From NCBI GenBank assembly GCA_951406725.2, contig OX597830.1:33976001-34040000 (forward strand): a stretch of DNA of 64,000 nt. The letters are read 5' to 3'. Shown piece by piece: positions 12,201-28,260 of the stretch (the first letter of the stretch is position 1; every line of letters starts with the position of its first letter). The notes under the pieces were generated by a model that was given only the letters and a program-made list of their open reading frames with translations, searched no databases and was not told the origin of the DNA. The translations under genes were made by a program, and so were the position numbers. The stretch comes from Octopus vulgaris. Its lineage: Eukaryota.

Positions 12201-13732
12201 AATTTTGCAGAATATCCTCCTCCCTCTCCTCCTCCCCGTCTTTCCCCGTCTCTCCTTATCTCTCTTTCTGTCTATCTGTCTGGTTATCCATCCATCTACC
12301 CTTGTAGCTATCTATCAACATACCCACCTATCTAACTTCATACCTACCAAGTGACCGACCTACCTACTTACCCACCTGTCCACTTGCTGTTCTTTTTTCC
12401 TCCCTACCAACATTACTTCAGCTATTCACACTTATCAACCTATTTACATATTTACTAATTTAATCTATCCACATATCTACCTATATACACCCCACCCCCA
12501 ACTCTGCATGCTCAGATGTAATTTTTTGTGTGTTTTACTAATTTTAATATTTGTAATTTATAATTAACATTGATAATTACTCACACTAAAACAAAACTTT
12601 GTTTTTGCCTTACCTCCTGCTCCTCCCCCCTCTCTCTCTCTCTTTCTCTCTAATCTCTCTTCCTCTCCCCTCTCTCCCTTTCCCCTCTCTTTCCCTCTAC
12701 CCTCTCTCCTCTCTCTCTGAATATTAATCCAACAACATCACAAACTATCACCACACTCACTGTATCACAACAACCATTCTTACATCGGGCCAACTACCAA
12801 CATATCAACTCCACCACCACCACCACTACCACCTCCATCACAACTATTATAATGGTCGTCATTGTTATACATACTATCAAATATTACCACATCACAACTC
12901 CCACTACACCTCAACTGCCATACACATCACAACTACCACCACCACCACCACCACCACCACCACCATCAGTCATCAACCTATCTACTTACACTGTTAACCA
13001 CCTCACCCAACCAACACACCCTCTACCATTTCACAACCTCAGATACATCACTGAACACCACTGCTACTACCATCAACACCACCACCACCACCACTATAGC
13101 TACAACTCCAATTACATCAGCGACCCTACCACCCCACCACAACCCTCACCATCGCAGATTGTCAGAGTAACAGAACAGCATAATGATCATCCATGTAGAA
13201 GATCATCATCAATATCATCATCATTAACATCATCATCATCGTTGTTGTCATCGTCATCATCATCATTATCATCATCATCATCATCATCATTATTATTTGT
13301 CTTGTTTACTCCGTGATTTATCCTGCTTTACTGTTTATTATCCATGTTGCCAATTTTCATCCATTAATTAATTCTTGTCTAATTAGAAATCTTTCCTGCT
13401 TTGACATGGAACTTATTTACTGAAAATTCCGAAGAAAACAAATTCTGATTATATGTTATTTCTCTCTTACCATTCTTTTGGCTCACTGCATTGCAGTCTT
13501 TTAGCCAATCTGTCTTGTTTAGTTTTTTTTTTTTAATCTTGCATGTAGTCAGATAGGAAGGGGACAGATCGGCTGTGCATTTAACCTTTGAAAGATCTCT
13601 TGAGACCAGTGATGTGGAGAAGATAGAGAAACGAAGTCAGAGATCCACAACATGTGTAGGAAGCAGAACAACTGTCTTCCAACTCATAACTTGGTCCAAC
13701 AGCTTGCTGCTACATTGACCTCTGATCTTTGA

Positions 13733-13937
13733 CCTTTTAGCATTTAAACCAGCCATATCTGGCCCAAATATTCAAACTGTTTTATGGTCAAACCAGCCAC
13801 ATCCTGCCTTTGACGTCTATCCTGCAATGTCATTCTAAAATTAAACAATCTAATCATCAAAGTCCTGAAGCTATGAGATTATGCATGATTAATTCAAAAG
13901 TATGTGAAGAAATATGAGTAATCTTAATGCCAAAGGG
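13733..13937. mobile_element. piggyBac-type MITE (second family)
   Basis: TTGA|CCTTTTAGCATT ... AATGCCAAAGGG|TTAA terminal inverted repeats with a (degenerate) TTAA target. Confidence 0.6.
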
Positions 13938-14339
13938 TTAAATTTGGCTAGTTTCATTCCAGTTCCATCTTGGCCTTTCCCAACAATTCTCTAATGAAAC
14001 ATCAATTGGTGATGTCTGCTAATTAAAGGTTAGGAAGATAATAGTTTTGAATTAAAACATAGAAACAGAACAGCTTCTGCTTAAAATATGCTTTATACCA
14101 TTGTCAGATAGTGGTGATAGTTAAAAGATGGGAAACATATTTGGCCAGTTATTCAAGTCTTGAGATTTGTTCCTGTAGATGTGGTGAAAAGGCAAAAAGA
14201 TAATTATTCTATCAGTGCCAGGCATGAAGATAAAAAAACCAAAAGCAAGTTTATTAAAGGTACATTGACCATACAGATCAAGCAGAAATGTTTTGACTGA
14301 TACCATACTGGATTTGGTTTAGCTAAAAACATTGAAGTA

Positions 14340-14501
14340 GGTGCAGGTGTAACTGTGTGGTAAGTAGCTTGCTTGCCAACCACATGGTTCCAGGTTCAGT
14401 CCCACTGTGTGGCACCTCGGGCAATTGTCTTCTACTATAGCCTTGGGCTGACCAAAGCCTTGTGAGTGGATTTGGTAGATGGAAACTGAAAAAAGCCCAT
14501 C

Positions 14502-14533
<32 letters not shown>

Positions 14534-14740
14534 ATGTTTATGTGTCTGTGTTTGTTCACCCACCATCGCTTGACAACCGATGCTGGTGTGTTTACGTCCC
14601 TGTAACTTAGCAGTTCGGCAAAGAGACCAATAGAATAAGTACTAGGCTTACAAAGAATAAGTTCTGGGGTCGATTTGTTCGACTAAAGGCGGCGCTCCAG
14701 CATGGCCACAGTCAAATGACTGAAACAAATAAAAGAATAA
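14340..14740 (+). mobile_element. SINE, dominant family
   Basis: Full-length match to 2110-2505. Confidence 0.85.
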
Positions 14741-15871
14741 AATGAAAGAAAAAGAAATAATGCAAGAAGATAATGGGAAAACTTCTTTCTGGGACTTTGG
14801 AACATTTCAACTGTGTCAGCAGCTGCTTTGCCATTTATTGTACTTCCATTTGTTGTTGGAATGACTTGTGAAATGAAGAGAATGAAGTAAAACTTCATAA
14901 GAAGTTTAGGGTCCAGGTCAGGGGTTTGAGGTGAAGGGTTTTATTGACACTCTCCATCCCAGTACTTGACGGCTACTTCATTTTATTGACCCTGAAAGGA
15001 TGGAAAGCAAAGTTGAACTCAGTGGAATTTGAACTCAAACCTAATGACCCAGAAGAAATACTATTAAGCATCTTGCAATGCTTTTGACTGAAAATGATAA
15101 CGGTTTCTGATTTGGGCACAAGGCCAGTAATTTGAGTGGGGCTGGTTTAGTTCATACCATCAACCCCCAGTACTTGACTGGTACTTTATTTTACTGACCC
15201 CGAAAGAAGGAAAGGCAAAGTCAACCTTGGTAGAATTTGGACTCAATATATAATGATTTCAAATTTTGGCACAAGGCTAGCAATTTTAGTGAGGAGGTAA
15301 GTTGATTACATTGAGCCCCAAAAGGGTTCTGCCAGCTCACCGCCTTAAGGTTTCAGTATATAATGAACTGAAAAAATGCCCCAAAGCATTTTGTCCAAGG
15401 CCCTAATGATTCTTCCATCTTGCTGCCTTGGACCAAAGAACAATAATGACTTCTGATATAATCACAAGGCCAGCACTTTGAAGGGTGGGGGTCAGTTGAT
15501 GCCACTGCCCTCCAGTGCTTGATTGGTAGTTTATTTCATCGATCCCAAAAGGATAAAAGGTAAAACTGACCCCAGCTGGATTTGAGCCTAGTACTTTAAG
15601 AGCCTGAAGAAATACGACAGAGTATTTTTTCTGATTCACTAACAATTCTGCCTAAATAATAATCATAAGTACCTTGTGGTGTTCAAATTCTCTCCAAGCT
15701 GTAATAATTTAGTCCAAAGTCAACTCTGACCATTTATTTTTTTTTGTGAAAAGATTTCTGAGATTAATGGAAGAAACATGGACATCCGTCTCAAAATTCT
15801 TTCAACAGAACAGGTTCTGCTAAAGACAACCAAGAGTTGGGGTGGAGTTTAAACCTTCTTATAGATTACTC

Positions 15872-16076
15872 TTTTACTTGTTTCAGGCATTTGACTGTGG
15901 CCATGCTGGAGCACCACCTTTAGTCGAGCAAATCGACCCCAGGACTTATTCTTTGTAAGCCTAGTACTTATTCTATTGGTCTCTTTGCCGAACTGCTAAG
16001 TTACAGGGACGTAAACACACCAGCATCGGTTGCCAAGTGATGTTGGAGGTGGGGACAAACACAGACACACAAACAT

Positions 16077-16127
<51 letters not shown>

Positions 16128-16262
16128 CGACAGGCTTCTTTCAGTTTCTGTGTACCAAATCTACTCACAAGGCTTTGGTCAGCCCAAGGTGCCACACACT
16201 GGGAATGAACCTGGAACCATGTGGTTGGTGAGCAAGCTACTTACTGCACAGCCACTCCTGTG
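15872..16262 (-). mobile_element. SINE, dominant family
   Basis: Reverse-complement match to 2110-2505. Confidence 0.85.
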
Positions 16263-16844
16263 CCTAATTAAGTTTATTAAACAAACTCCAAATTAAAGAC
16301 GTTCCATATATGAGCATCCTTTCTGTTTTGGTTTTTTATTCATACATAGTGCATCTTGGATTATATTATCTAATGTGACTTTCATTTCTTATATTTCTCA
16401 CTCAGTTATTCTCCATCACTCATTCACTCTCTTATTCATTTACTTCATCACTCATTCAATCACTGTCACTCAGTTCCTCTCTTTCACTCACTCCTTCACT
16501 CTCACTCACCATCTTTAACTCATTCTCTTTTACTCACTCACACTTTCTTTCTTAATTACTCATTCATTCACTCATTTACTCTACTTTTCTTGCTCTCATT
16601 CATTCTCTATTTCACTCTCACACAAACTCTCTCTTACTCTCTCACCACCCACTCTGCCTCACTCGCTTTATTTCCCTTTTAGTTCTGTCTTTCACTCTCT
16701 TCCTCTTTCTCTCTCTCTCTCTTTTGCCACCCCCTCTCTTTCCCAGCAGAACACTTCCTTATCTCTACTCTTCATTTTTCTCTCTTTCTCTTTCACTTAT
16801 ACTAACACTTTCTCAACTGTGCCTCCTCACACACATTTTAAGCA

Positions 16845-17528
16845 TACACTACTACCACCACCACCACCACAACAACAACAACAATCACCACAACTACTAT
16901 AACCAACACCACCACCACCACCACAAACAACAACAATCACCACAACCACCATCACTACCACTGCTATCATCACGATCACCACCACAACCACCACCACTAT
17001 GGCCAACACAATCACCATCGCCACCACCACAATTGCCACCATAACAACCACCACCACCACAACCACCACATCTACCATAACCAGCAACAATACAACCAGC
17101 ATAACTACCACCACCACCACCACCACCACTACTACCTCCATCGTTACCATCACCACCATCACTACGCCTGCCCACACTTTACCTAGTGCCAACTACTCCC
17201 CATCAACCTCCTCTTCCTCCTCCTCCTCCTCACCACCACCACCACCACCACCACCACCACTCTCTTGTTTTCCATTTCTCTCATTCAACCATTGCTATCA
17301 TTTATAATTCAATTTTCACACCCAAGAACATTCTGGACAATGTTTTCCATTCTAGTAATTTCTATTTGTCAACTCAGCTTGCTCTTTATCAGCTGACGTC
17401 ATCACTGTGTATATGTTTCGTGCACTGTAATGGCTCTGACAGCAATAACAACAGCAACAACAACAACAAAAACCTAATAATGAGAAAGTTAATTAAGGAC
17501 GATGATGATGATGGTAATAACAATACTA

Positions 17529-17572
<44 letters not shown>

Positions 17573-17616
17573 GATGATAATGACCAGCATAATGTTATCA
17601 ATAATTTCTAGCAACA

Positions 17617-17679
<63 letters not shown>

Positions 17680-17803
17680 AATGATAATAATGGTAATAAA
17701 AATATTATTAATAATAATAATGACGATGCCGACCAGCATGATGTTATTTATAATTTCTAGCAACAATTAATGATGATGATGGTGGTGGTGATGATAATGG
17801 TGG

Positions 17804-17834
<31 letters not shown>

Positions 17835-18283
17835 GGTGGTTATGGTGACGATTGTGGTGATGATGATTATAATGGTGTCTCGTTTTATGTTATTTCTAAA
17901 ATATCAAAAATTATTTCTAAGAGTAGAAATAATTTTTTATATGTTAGAAATAAGGTTTCAGATTTTTTTTGACATGCGACCAGCAATTTTAGGTGGAAAG
18001 AGGTTATAGTTGGTTACATTGACCTCAGTATTCAACTGGTACTTTATTTTATCAGACCCCCCCCTCCACCACCACCACCACCACAAAAGACTGAAAAACA
18101 GAGCTGACCTTAACAGAAATTGAACTCAGGATCTAAAAGGACCAGAAGAAAAGGCAATTGAGCATTTTGTTTGATATGCTAACAATTCTGCCAGCTTGAT
18201 GTCTTAGTAGTAGTAGCAGTAGTAGTAGCAGCAGCAGCAAGGGTAGTAGGAGTAGTAGTAATAGTAGCTGTAGTAGTAGTGGC

Positions 18284-18314
<31 letters not shown>

Positions 18315-18337
18315 ATAGTAGCTGTAGTAGTAGTGGC

Positions 18338-18396
<59 letters not shown>

Positions 18397-18510
18397 CAGT
18401 AGTTGTAGTAGCAGTAATAGTAGTAGTGGCAGTAGTAGTAGTAGTAGCAGCAGCAGCAGCAACAGTAGTAGTAGTAGCAGCAGCAGTAGTAGTGGTGGTG
18501 GTAATAATGA
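16845..18510. repeat. Cluster of trinucleotide tracts (CAC/CAA, AAT, GAT/GGT, AGT/AGC)
   Basis: Direct; these tracts generate the poly-T/V/L/N ORFs in the track. Confidence 0.9.
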
Positions 18511-18593
18511 TTCTCTCTAGCATATGTGCAAGGCCTGAAATTTAGGGGAGGGGGATGGTTAATTACATTGAGCCAGTATACAACTGGTATTTG

Positions 18594-19825
18594 TCAGGTC
18601 ATTAAGAATGAAACATCCGAGTTTCTTATGCACCAAGTCTGACAGTCGTTAACTCTAGTGTTTTATCCTGACAATCCTTTGTTTTACAACATTGATGGAT
18701 TACATCATCACTTTTCGAAATGCAATTCATGATGTCTGATTATATTGTGAGTTTTCTCTCGTAAATCAATTTTTGTGAATCCATGGATAGATCAAAAATT
18801 CTTGTTGTTTATGAATATGAGTTCTGTCGTGGAATCGATGCATCCCAAACAGCTCAAAACATCAATGAAGTGTTTGGTGAAGATGTGACAAATGAGCACA
18901 CTGTACGTCGATGGCTTGAAAAGTTCCGGTCTGGTGACTTTACTCTTGAAAATCAGCCCTGTGGTAGACCTGAGACCAAGGCGGATAATGATGAGCTGGA
19001 AACTGTAATGGAAATGTGTACGTTCCAAACTATGTGTGAGTTAGCACCAAGGTTTGATGTTTTGATTCCAACTGTATTGGACCATCTGAAACAAATCAGC
19101 AAGGTAAAGAAGCTGGATGAGTGGGTGCCATACGAACTGAATGAGCATCAAATGACACATTTTGAAACTTGCTGTTCTTTGCTGTCATGGCATAAAAGTG
19201 AACCATTTTTGCCTCATATTGTTATGTGAGACAAAAAATAGATTCATTTCAACAATAGCAAGCATTTTGCATGGTGGTTGGAAAGAGACAAAGTGCCAAA
19301 ACACAATCCAAAAAAGAATATTGACCAAGAAAGGCTAATGGTGTCTGTTTGGTGGTTCAGTACTGGTATCGTCCATTATAGCTCCATGAGACCTGGAAAG
19401 TCAATTACAGCAGATGTATACATGAACCAACTGAATGAACTTGCAATTAAACACCTGAGATTGGTCACTAGATAGAAACAGGCCAATTTTCTTGCAAGAC
19501 AATTCTCAACCACATCTTGTACAAAGAACACTACTCAAGTTACTGGAACTGAACTTGGAAGTACTCTGTCATCCACTGTTTTTACCAAACCTTGAACCAA
19601 CTGACTATCATGTTTTCTAAGCATTTTTGCAAAGAAAAATTTCAAATCTGAAGAAGATACAAAAACAGCCTTTCATGATTTCCAGAATTTCCAGAATTCT
19701 TTGCTGCCAGCATAAATAAGTTACCAATAAAATGACAAGATTGTGTTGATAATTCAGGTGCATACTTTGATTAACTGCATTGCTTTTTCAGTTCAAAATC
19801 GAACATTTCATTCTTGATGACCTGA
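18594..19825 (+). mobile_element. mariner (DD34D) transposon, full-length but transposase pseudogenised
   Basis: TIRs TCAGGTCATTAAGAATGAAA / TTTCATTCTTGATGACCTGA with TA on the right (TG on the left); 1232 bp. HTH plus WVPYEL (ORF 18783-19229), then LQDNSQPH and PNLEPTDY motifs in broken frames. Confidence 0.92.
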
Positions 19826-19954
19826 TATTTCATCAACTCTCAAACAATGAAATACGAAGTTGACCTCAAAGGAATTTGAACTCAGAACAGATGAAAAGGC
19901 ACTAAGTATTTTCCCCAGCATGCTAATAATTCTGCCAGTTCACCACCTTAATAA

Positions 19955-21214
<1,260 letters not shown>

Positions 21215-21709
21215 AATAATAATAATAAATGCCCTGATGCAGTACCAGACAGTGGCTCTCATGGCTCCTGATCTTAACTGATTGGAAGTGTTATCATGTA
21301 CATGGTTTTGTCTTGGTATAAAAGATGGGCTACAACAAATATTCTACTCAATATCACAGATTTGCTTGTCATTTGTTTGATCTTCACCAGTTGAGCATGG
21401 CCCTTAGTGGCTGACGATATGTGCACCTCTGATCACAAGCAGAAGTAGTGAGGGAGCATCATAGTCATGTGTTGAGAGGGATTCTTTGGGGTTTGAATAA
21501 TTCAAGGGTGTTTCATTCAACATCCTTAAACAATCCTTATTTGGGGACCTTTTGAGCGGGATGGGCTATTCGACCAGAAGAAAATTCTAACTGGGCCCCA
21601 CCTGCAAGGAGGAATTTGAACTCAGGAAGTAAAGATGGACAAAATGCCATTACACATTTTGCTAAGTATGTTAACGATTCTGCCAGTTCACCACCTTATA
21701 ATAATAATG

Positions 21710-21765
<56 letters not shown>

Positions 21766-21768
<3 letters not shown>

Positions 21769-21970
21769 GGGCACTTTGCAACAAGTATGGACTTGACAGA
21801 GCAAATAATTGGTACAACCACAAACTCGAAGGCATCATTGAAAAAATAATGCAAAGATCCTATAATTCAGTGCGACCATGAGATAGAGAATAGGAAGCCA
21901 GACATAGTCTTAATTGAGAAAGAAAACAAACTATACTGGGTCATAGATATAGCATGCCCAGCTGACAACA
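21766..21970 (+). mobile_element. Second R4/Dong-like endonuclease fragment
   Basis: IQCDHEIENRKPDIVLIEKENK..VIDIACPADN, starting directly after an (AAT)n tract. Confidence 0.7.
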
Positions 21971-23224
21971 CCACCTTAAAGGGTCTTTAGTTGAGAAAAT
22001 CAACCCCAGGACTTATTCTTTGTAAGCCTAATACTTATTCTATCAGTCTCTTTTTGCTGAATGGTTAAGTTACGGGTACATAAACATACCAACATGTTAA
22101 ACGATGGAGGTGGGACAAACACAGGCACACAGACATATATATACAATAGGCTTCTTTCAGTTTCCGTCTACCAAATCTACCAGCTTTGGCTAGTCTAGGT
22201 TATAGTAGGAAACTTTTAGCGTATGTACATCTTAACTCTATTATGTCTGTGGCTGTATGTACATCTTAACTCTATTATGTCTGTGGCTGTATTCTTTCTT
22301 GGGAATAATCATATGAGCCCCTACAGTGTCCCTTCTGCTCCCCTGGAAATATTTTATTGTCTTGTTACCTGTTTGTTCACTGCAATGTTGCAACAATTAA
22401 GGCTTTGTGCATTATAAGCAGACATATGATGGGTTTGTAGTTTTAAGAATTTGTTGTCCCTGTAGATATGGGAGTTAAGATGATTTTCCATTAAGTGAAC
22501 CAGATATTATTTCTGGTTATGCCAGCATCTTATTAAACTTCTTTGCAAGCGCCTTATGAGTCCTTGTTTAATATTTTAATCAATAAAGGCAGCGAACTGG
22601 CAGAAATGTTAGCACACCAGGCAAAATGCTTAGCAGTATTTCGTGTCTTTATGTACTGAGTTCAAATTCCGCTGTGGTCAACTTTGCCTTTCATCCTTTT
22701 GGGGTCGATAAATTAAGTGCCAGTTGCATACTGGAGTCAATCTAATATTAGGCCTTGTGCCTAGAGTAGAAAAGAATATTTTAATTAATAGGTGAGGATC
22801 ATGTCCTATTCTGGTGTCTTCCAGTTGTTCGTTTTCATTTCTGTAGTATCTGGGCTTTTGCTGTTGTTGATGTTGTTGTTGTCCATTTGTAAAACAATCC
22901 TTCTCCAAAACTATGCAAATGATGAAAGTGGCAATTGTTAAACATGTTAACATGAATCTGAAGTCCTAGATTTATGTAAGATAGGAATGTGAGTTTGAAG
23001 CATTCATACTTTTCCACACAAGCAACAGAGTGGTGGCTTTGTCATATATAACTCAACCATATTTACTTTGATTAGCTCACAGATATATTAATAAGCCGAC
23101 CAATTGGCAGTATCATTATTAGAGAAATGAACAGAAGGTTTTGCAGTAACTATTTTAGTTGTCTGCATTCTGAGTTCAAATACCACTGAGGTTGACTTTA
23201 CCATTTATTTTGTTTTTTAGGGTT

Positions 23225-23870
23225 AGGCATGGCCATGTGGTAAGAAGCTTGCTTCCCAGCCACATGGTTCCGGGTTCAGTCCCACTGCATGGCACCTTGG
23301 GCGAGTGTCTTCTACTATAGCCTTGAGCTGACCAAAACCTTGTGAGTGGATCTGGTAGATGGAAACTGAAACAAGCTTGTTATATATACATTTATGTGTG
23401 TGTGCATGTGTGTGCGTATGTGTGTATTTGCATGTCTGTGTTTGTCCCCTGTCATCGTTTGACAACCGCTGTTGGTGTGTTGACATCCCCATAACTTAGC
23501 AGTTCAGCAAAAGAGACCAATAGAATAAGTACTAGGCTTACAAAGAATAAGTCCTGTGGTTGAATTGTTCAACTAAAGGCAGTGCTCCAGCATGGCTGCA
23601 GTCAAATGACTGAAACAAGTAAAAGAATAAAAAAGTAACATAGATGCAGGAGTGGCTGTGTGGCAAGTAGCTTGCTTAGCAACCACATGGTTCCAGGTTC
23701 AGTCCCACTGCATGGCACCATGGGCAAGTGTTTTCTAATATAGCCTTGGGCCGACTAAAGCCTTGAATAAGTACTAGGCTTACGAAGAATAAGCCCTGTG
23801 GTCAATTCATTTGACTAAAAGAGGTGCTCCAGTATCACCACAGTCAAATGACTAAAACAAGTAAAAGAAA
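23225..23870 (+). mobile_element. Two tandem SINEs of the dominant family (second internally deleted)
   Basis: Heads at ~23225 and ~23645; both end in ...CAGTCAAATGACT(G/A)AAACAAGTAAAAG. Confidence 0.8.
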
Positions 23871-24561
23871 AAAGAACAAAAAGATTAAAAAAGAAACAAT
23901 ATTGTACTGGAGTTGATGCTTTTGTCTCTCCTCTTTCTCTCTAAGGGAGAAATCAGTTGCAGTTGGACCTGGAGTGGGATGAACTCATCCAGGCCTAAAA
24001 ATTCCCAAGAAATGTTGAATTTCACAATGGAATTCCTACAACTCCAGCAAGGAGTTGAAGTGATAGGGAAAGGTATATTTATATCTAATCTCACAACTAT
24101 TTCCTTTTATATTGTAAAAGTCACATCACAATGTGGAAAAGCTGTACAAATAAAATAACTGAGAAAAAGCATCTAAAATTAAACAATATAATTTATCCTC
24201 CTTTTTTAATTTTTTTTTTACATTTTTTTTTCCTACTTCTATTAATTGGAGGCAGAGAACCTTGGCTTTACAGGGGTGGGAAGAATAAGGAGGAAATTAA
24301 TGCATGCCCTCACCCTCCCACTAGCACCCTCAAATGTCCATACACTGCAGATTACTTAATACATATCACACTAGAACATTAACATCAATAACAATGATAA
24401 TAATAATAATAATGATGACGACGACGACGATGATGATGATGATAATAACAATAGTAATAAAAACATATAAAAAAAAATTACCCACTGAAAATTAAAAACA
24501 GAAGTACATAAGTGGAAACAAAACTGAGAGAAATAACAAAAACAAAAAAAAAATCATATCA

Positions 24562-24624
<63 letters not shown>

Positions 24625-24625
24625 C

Positions 24626-24670
<45 letters not shown>

Positions 24671-25457
24671 GTTGCTGCCATACTGTCGAATCATTTTGTC
24701 AATAAAGTAACTGTTTTTTCAAGAGTCAATTTTTATGTTATTTGGTGGCAAAGTGTATGTCCTGTTAGAAAATTCTTATAATAGCCGCCAAGCTAATTTC
24801 CGGTCAAGAGGAATCAACAATCTTTATTGGTTCTTCACAATCAACTGCCTTTAATCATGAAATCCACTGGAGAAAACTCTCTCGATGAATAAGTTTGCCA
24901 TCTTTATACAAACAAGGTCACGTTTTAACATTACTTTTGCTTTTCTGTTACGCCTTACGCATTTAATTCTTAATGCGGTACTGTGCAGTGAAAGCTGGAC
25001 TTTTCGTATAATAGACTTAATTTTCCATTGCTTATCAAAATAGACTTTTGGATTAAATAGTTAATTAGTAAGTCTCATATTTCGAATGCAATCTGTTTGT
25101 ATTTCCAGCGTTCCTTATATTTCTCATCGAAGAATAAAAGAAAAGGAAAGCAAAGAGAAAAGAAAAGTAATGAAAGAAAGACTTATTCCCTGAATATTTT
25201 ATAGCCGATCGAATCTTTTAATCAATTCATCAATTCTTATCAATATGGAAGAAAATGTCCAATTAACTAGACCAGTAAAATATTTTCATGTTTTCACTTG
25301 CTCTTTCGTTGACTCTATTAACTTGCTGCTGTATGGCGTTGCCATAATTTGGCGCAGCTTTATATCTTCAACCTATGTGCTTCCATCTATGCCGCTCCAC
25401 CACCACAGCCAACACATTGCCGTCACCACATCACCATCGCCATAACGACTGTTACAC

Positions 25458-25488
<31 letters not shown>

Positions 25489-25727
25489 GACAAAAACAAC
25501 GACAACATTCACTGTTATTAAGGGATTTCTTCTGCAGCTCTTTCTTTCTTTCTTCTATTTATTTTTTTTTTCCTCATATTCATTTATTTTATTTTATTAT
25601 TTTTTTCTTCAATGTGCAGCTGCGATGTTTATCCTTTGCTGCTTGATAATATGCATAATTTCCTTCCCCAGAGATTTCCTTAAACCTTCATGCCATACAA
25701 AAAAAAAAAAGAAAAGAAAATAATAAC

Positions 25728-25773
<46 letters not shown>

Positions 25774-25806
25774 GTTGTAGTAGTAGTAGTAATAATAATA
25801 ATGATG

Positions 25807-25845
<39 letters not shown>

Positions 25846-26290
25846 GTTATAGTAGTAGTAATAATAACAATAATAATAATGATAGTAATAATAATAATAA
25901 TGATAATAATAATGAGTAACTAAATAAATATATAAAGGTTTAAAAGTTATTTTCAGCCAAATAACATGCATACATAATCATTCCTTCTTGAAAATTGCAT
26001 CTTTTACGAGCATTCATTTACTCTGTCTGTCCTTTATTCTATCTTGTATTATCATTACACAGTTGCTGCTGCTGCTGCTTGTTGTTGTTGTCGTTGTTCT
26101 TCTTCTTCTTCTTCAATTGCTACCATTGATATTGTGACATTGCAATCGAGTGTGTATATATACATATATATATATATATATGTGCATATGTGAAACTAAC
26201 ACACGGTATTAGCCATACCCACACACAGAGACGTATACATACACACACTTATATACATAGTTACATACATAATATATATATATATACACA

Positions 26291-26328
<38 letters not shown>

Positions 26329-26475
26329 CATACATATGCATACACACACACACTTATATACATAGATACATACATACATATATATACATATATACATACA
26401 TACACACATTTCTATACATAGATACATATATACATACACACACACACACACACATGTGTATGTATATATACACAG

Positions 26476-26517
<42 letters not shown>

Positions 26518-27381
26518 GCATACAACTACCACACACACTGGTAGTCTTATATGCAAATGCATATATATGCACACAGATGATTATCTACATACAGGTAATT
26601 AACAATAATTGTATACAGTCCTCTTTGTTAGGACTGCCTGCATTGCTCTAGAGCTCAATCAACTTTATCATCGTCACCACCACCATCACCACCACCACCA
26701 CAACCACCACCATCATCATCCTCATCATTATCATCACTGGACTTTATCAAACATTCAGCCAGTGAAATCTCAGAGGAATGATTGGAATAACTTACCAAAG
26801 TAAGTCTTTAATTACCATTCCATAAATGACTTCTCTCAAAAAGAGAAAAAGAAGTAAAAAAAAAAAAATGTGGAATGAGTATATTTTGAAATTGGTAAAA
26901 AGGAAAATAATTTCCATACATGATAGTTTTTTCGGTAAATTTTTTTTTTTTTCCCCCTGTAACTGATGTTCACGTGGGCAAACTGCATATATCTATGCAT
27001 GTGTCTATATATGTGGGTTAATTAGGATTACCAAGCATAAAGGTTTTATATAGGCTTCCTCCTACTGAAGCAGCAGAACACTTGTTAGTGTGTGAAGGGT
27101 GACTGATAGCAGATGATAGTTCATCATGTCATTCGGTACTGCATGATGTTCAGTATATATATCACAATCCAATTTTTAAAAATTAGTCCAAAGAAATTTC
27201 AGCACTGGGTATGTGGTTATGCTAGTCAAAGGTCAACACATTTTTTAGTTTTAATTACATTTTTGCCTCTTTTTTTTTTTTTTTTTTTTTCCTTTGCTGT
27301 CAATTATGTTTTCTGTGAACTGGTTGAAGAATTGCAGGTCTGTATAGCTTCCAATGTCTTGGCAATAGCATATTGGGGTTA

Positions 27382-27600
27382 AGGTGGCGAGCTGGCAGAA
27401 ACGTTAGCACGCCGGGCGAAATGCATAGCCGTATTTCATCTGCCGTTACGTTCTGAGTTCAAATTCCGCTGAGGTCGACTTTGCCTTTCATCCTTTCGGG
27501 GTCGATAAATAAAGTACCAGTTACGCACTGGGGTCGATATAATCGACTTAATCCCTTTGTTTGTCCCCTCTATGTTTAGCCCCTTGTGGGCAATAAAGAA
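27382..27600 (+). mobile_element. SINE with Deu/Nin-domain-like core (third family)
   Basis: GGCGAGCTGGCAGAAACGTTAGCACG head, GAGTTCAAATTCC B-box-like motif, and core GCCTTTCATCCTTTCGGGGTCGATAAA..GTACCAG. Further copies near 14950-15650, 17975-18200, 22587-22780, 55870-56390 and 58520-58720. Confidence 0.7.
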
Positions 27601-27794
27601 ATATATTGGGGTTAAGTAGTACAAACTAAATATCAAGGAATGAATCCTTTTTCAATCTTGGCTGTGTCTGTTATTCCTGTGACGATTTACTCACCAGATT
27701 TATAAAATCCTTAAAAAGGAGCTGGTTAATATTTTACCAGTTGAACGATCTGAACAGACAATTTGAGTATGTATATTTGTATCATCACCATAAT

Positions 27795-28260
27795 TCTCCC
27801 CTTCCTCCTCTTCCCTTCCCTCTTCTTCCTCTCCTCTTTCCCTTCTCTTCTTTCTCTTCTCTTCCTTGTCTTTTCTCTTCTTCTGCTTCCTCCTCCTCCT
27901 TTTCTCTTCCCCTTCCCCTCCTATCTTCCTCCTCTTCCTCTTCTCTTCTCTCCTTCCTCTTCTCTTCCTCCTTTTCTTTTCTCCTTCCTCTTCCTCTTTT
28001 CTTCCTCCTTCTCCATAACTTCCTTTTCCCTTCCACTTCCTCCTCTCTTTCCTTTTCTCTACCGCCTCCTCTCCTTTCTCTCTTCCACTTCCTCCTCTTC
28101 GTCTCTGCCTCCACTTCTCTTTCTCCCCTCCTCTCCTCCTGCTTCTCTTCTTCCTCCTGTCCGCCTTCTCCTCTCCTTTTTCTTCTCTCCTCTCTTCTTC
28201 CCTCCTCCTCACAATCATCATCACCATCATCACCACCACTACCACCACCATCATCATCAG
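27795..28260. repeat. Polypyrimidine (CTT/CCT) low-complexity tract
   Basis: ~420 nt almost exclusively C/T on the + strand, followed by (CAT/CAC)n. Confidence 0.9.

Noticed and set aside
16724-18545. Poly-Thr/Val/Leu/His ORFs resembling mucins
   Set aside because: Trinucleotide microsatellites with no unique coding context.
22221-22292. 34-bp direct tandem duplication
   Set aside because: Two copies only; ordinary slippage.
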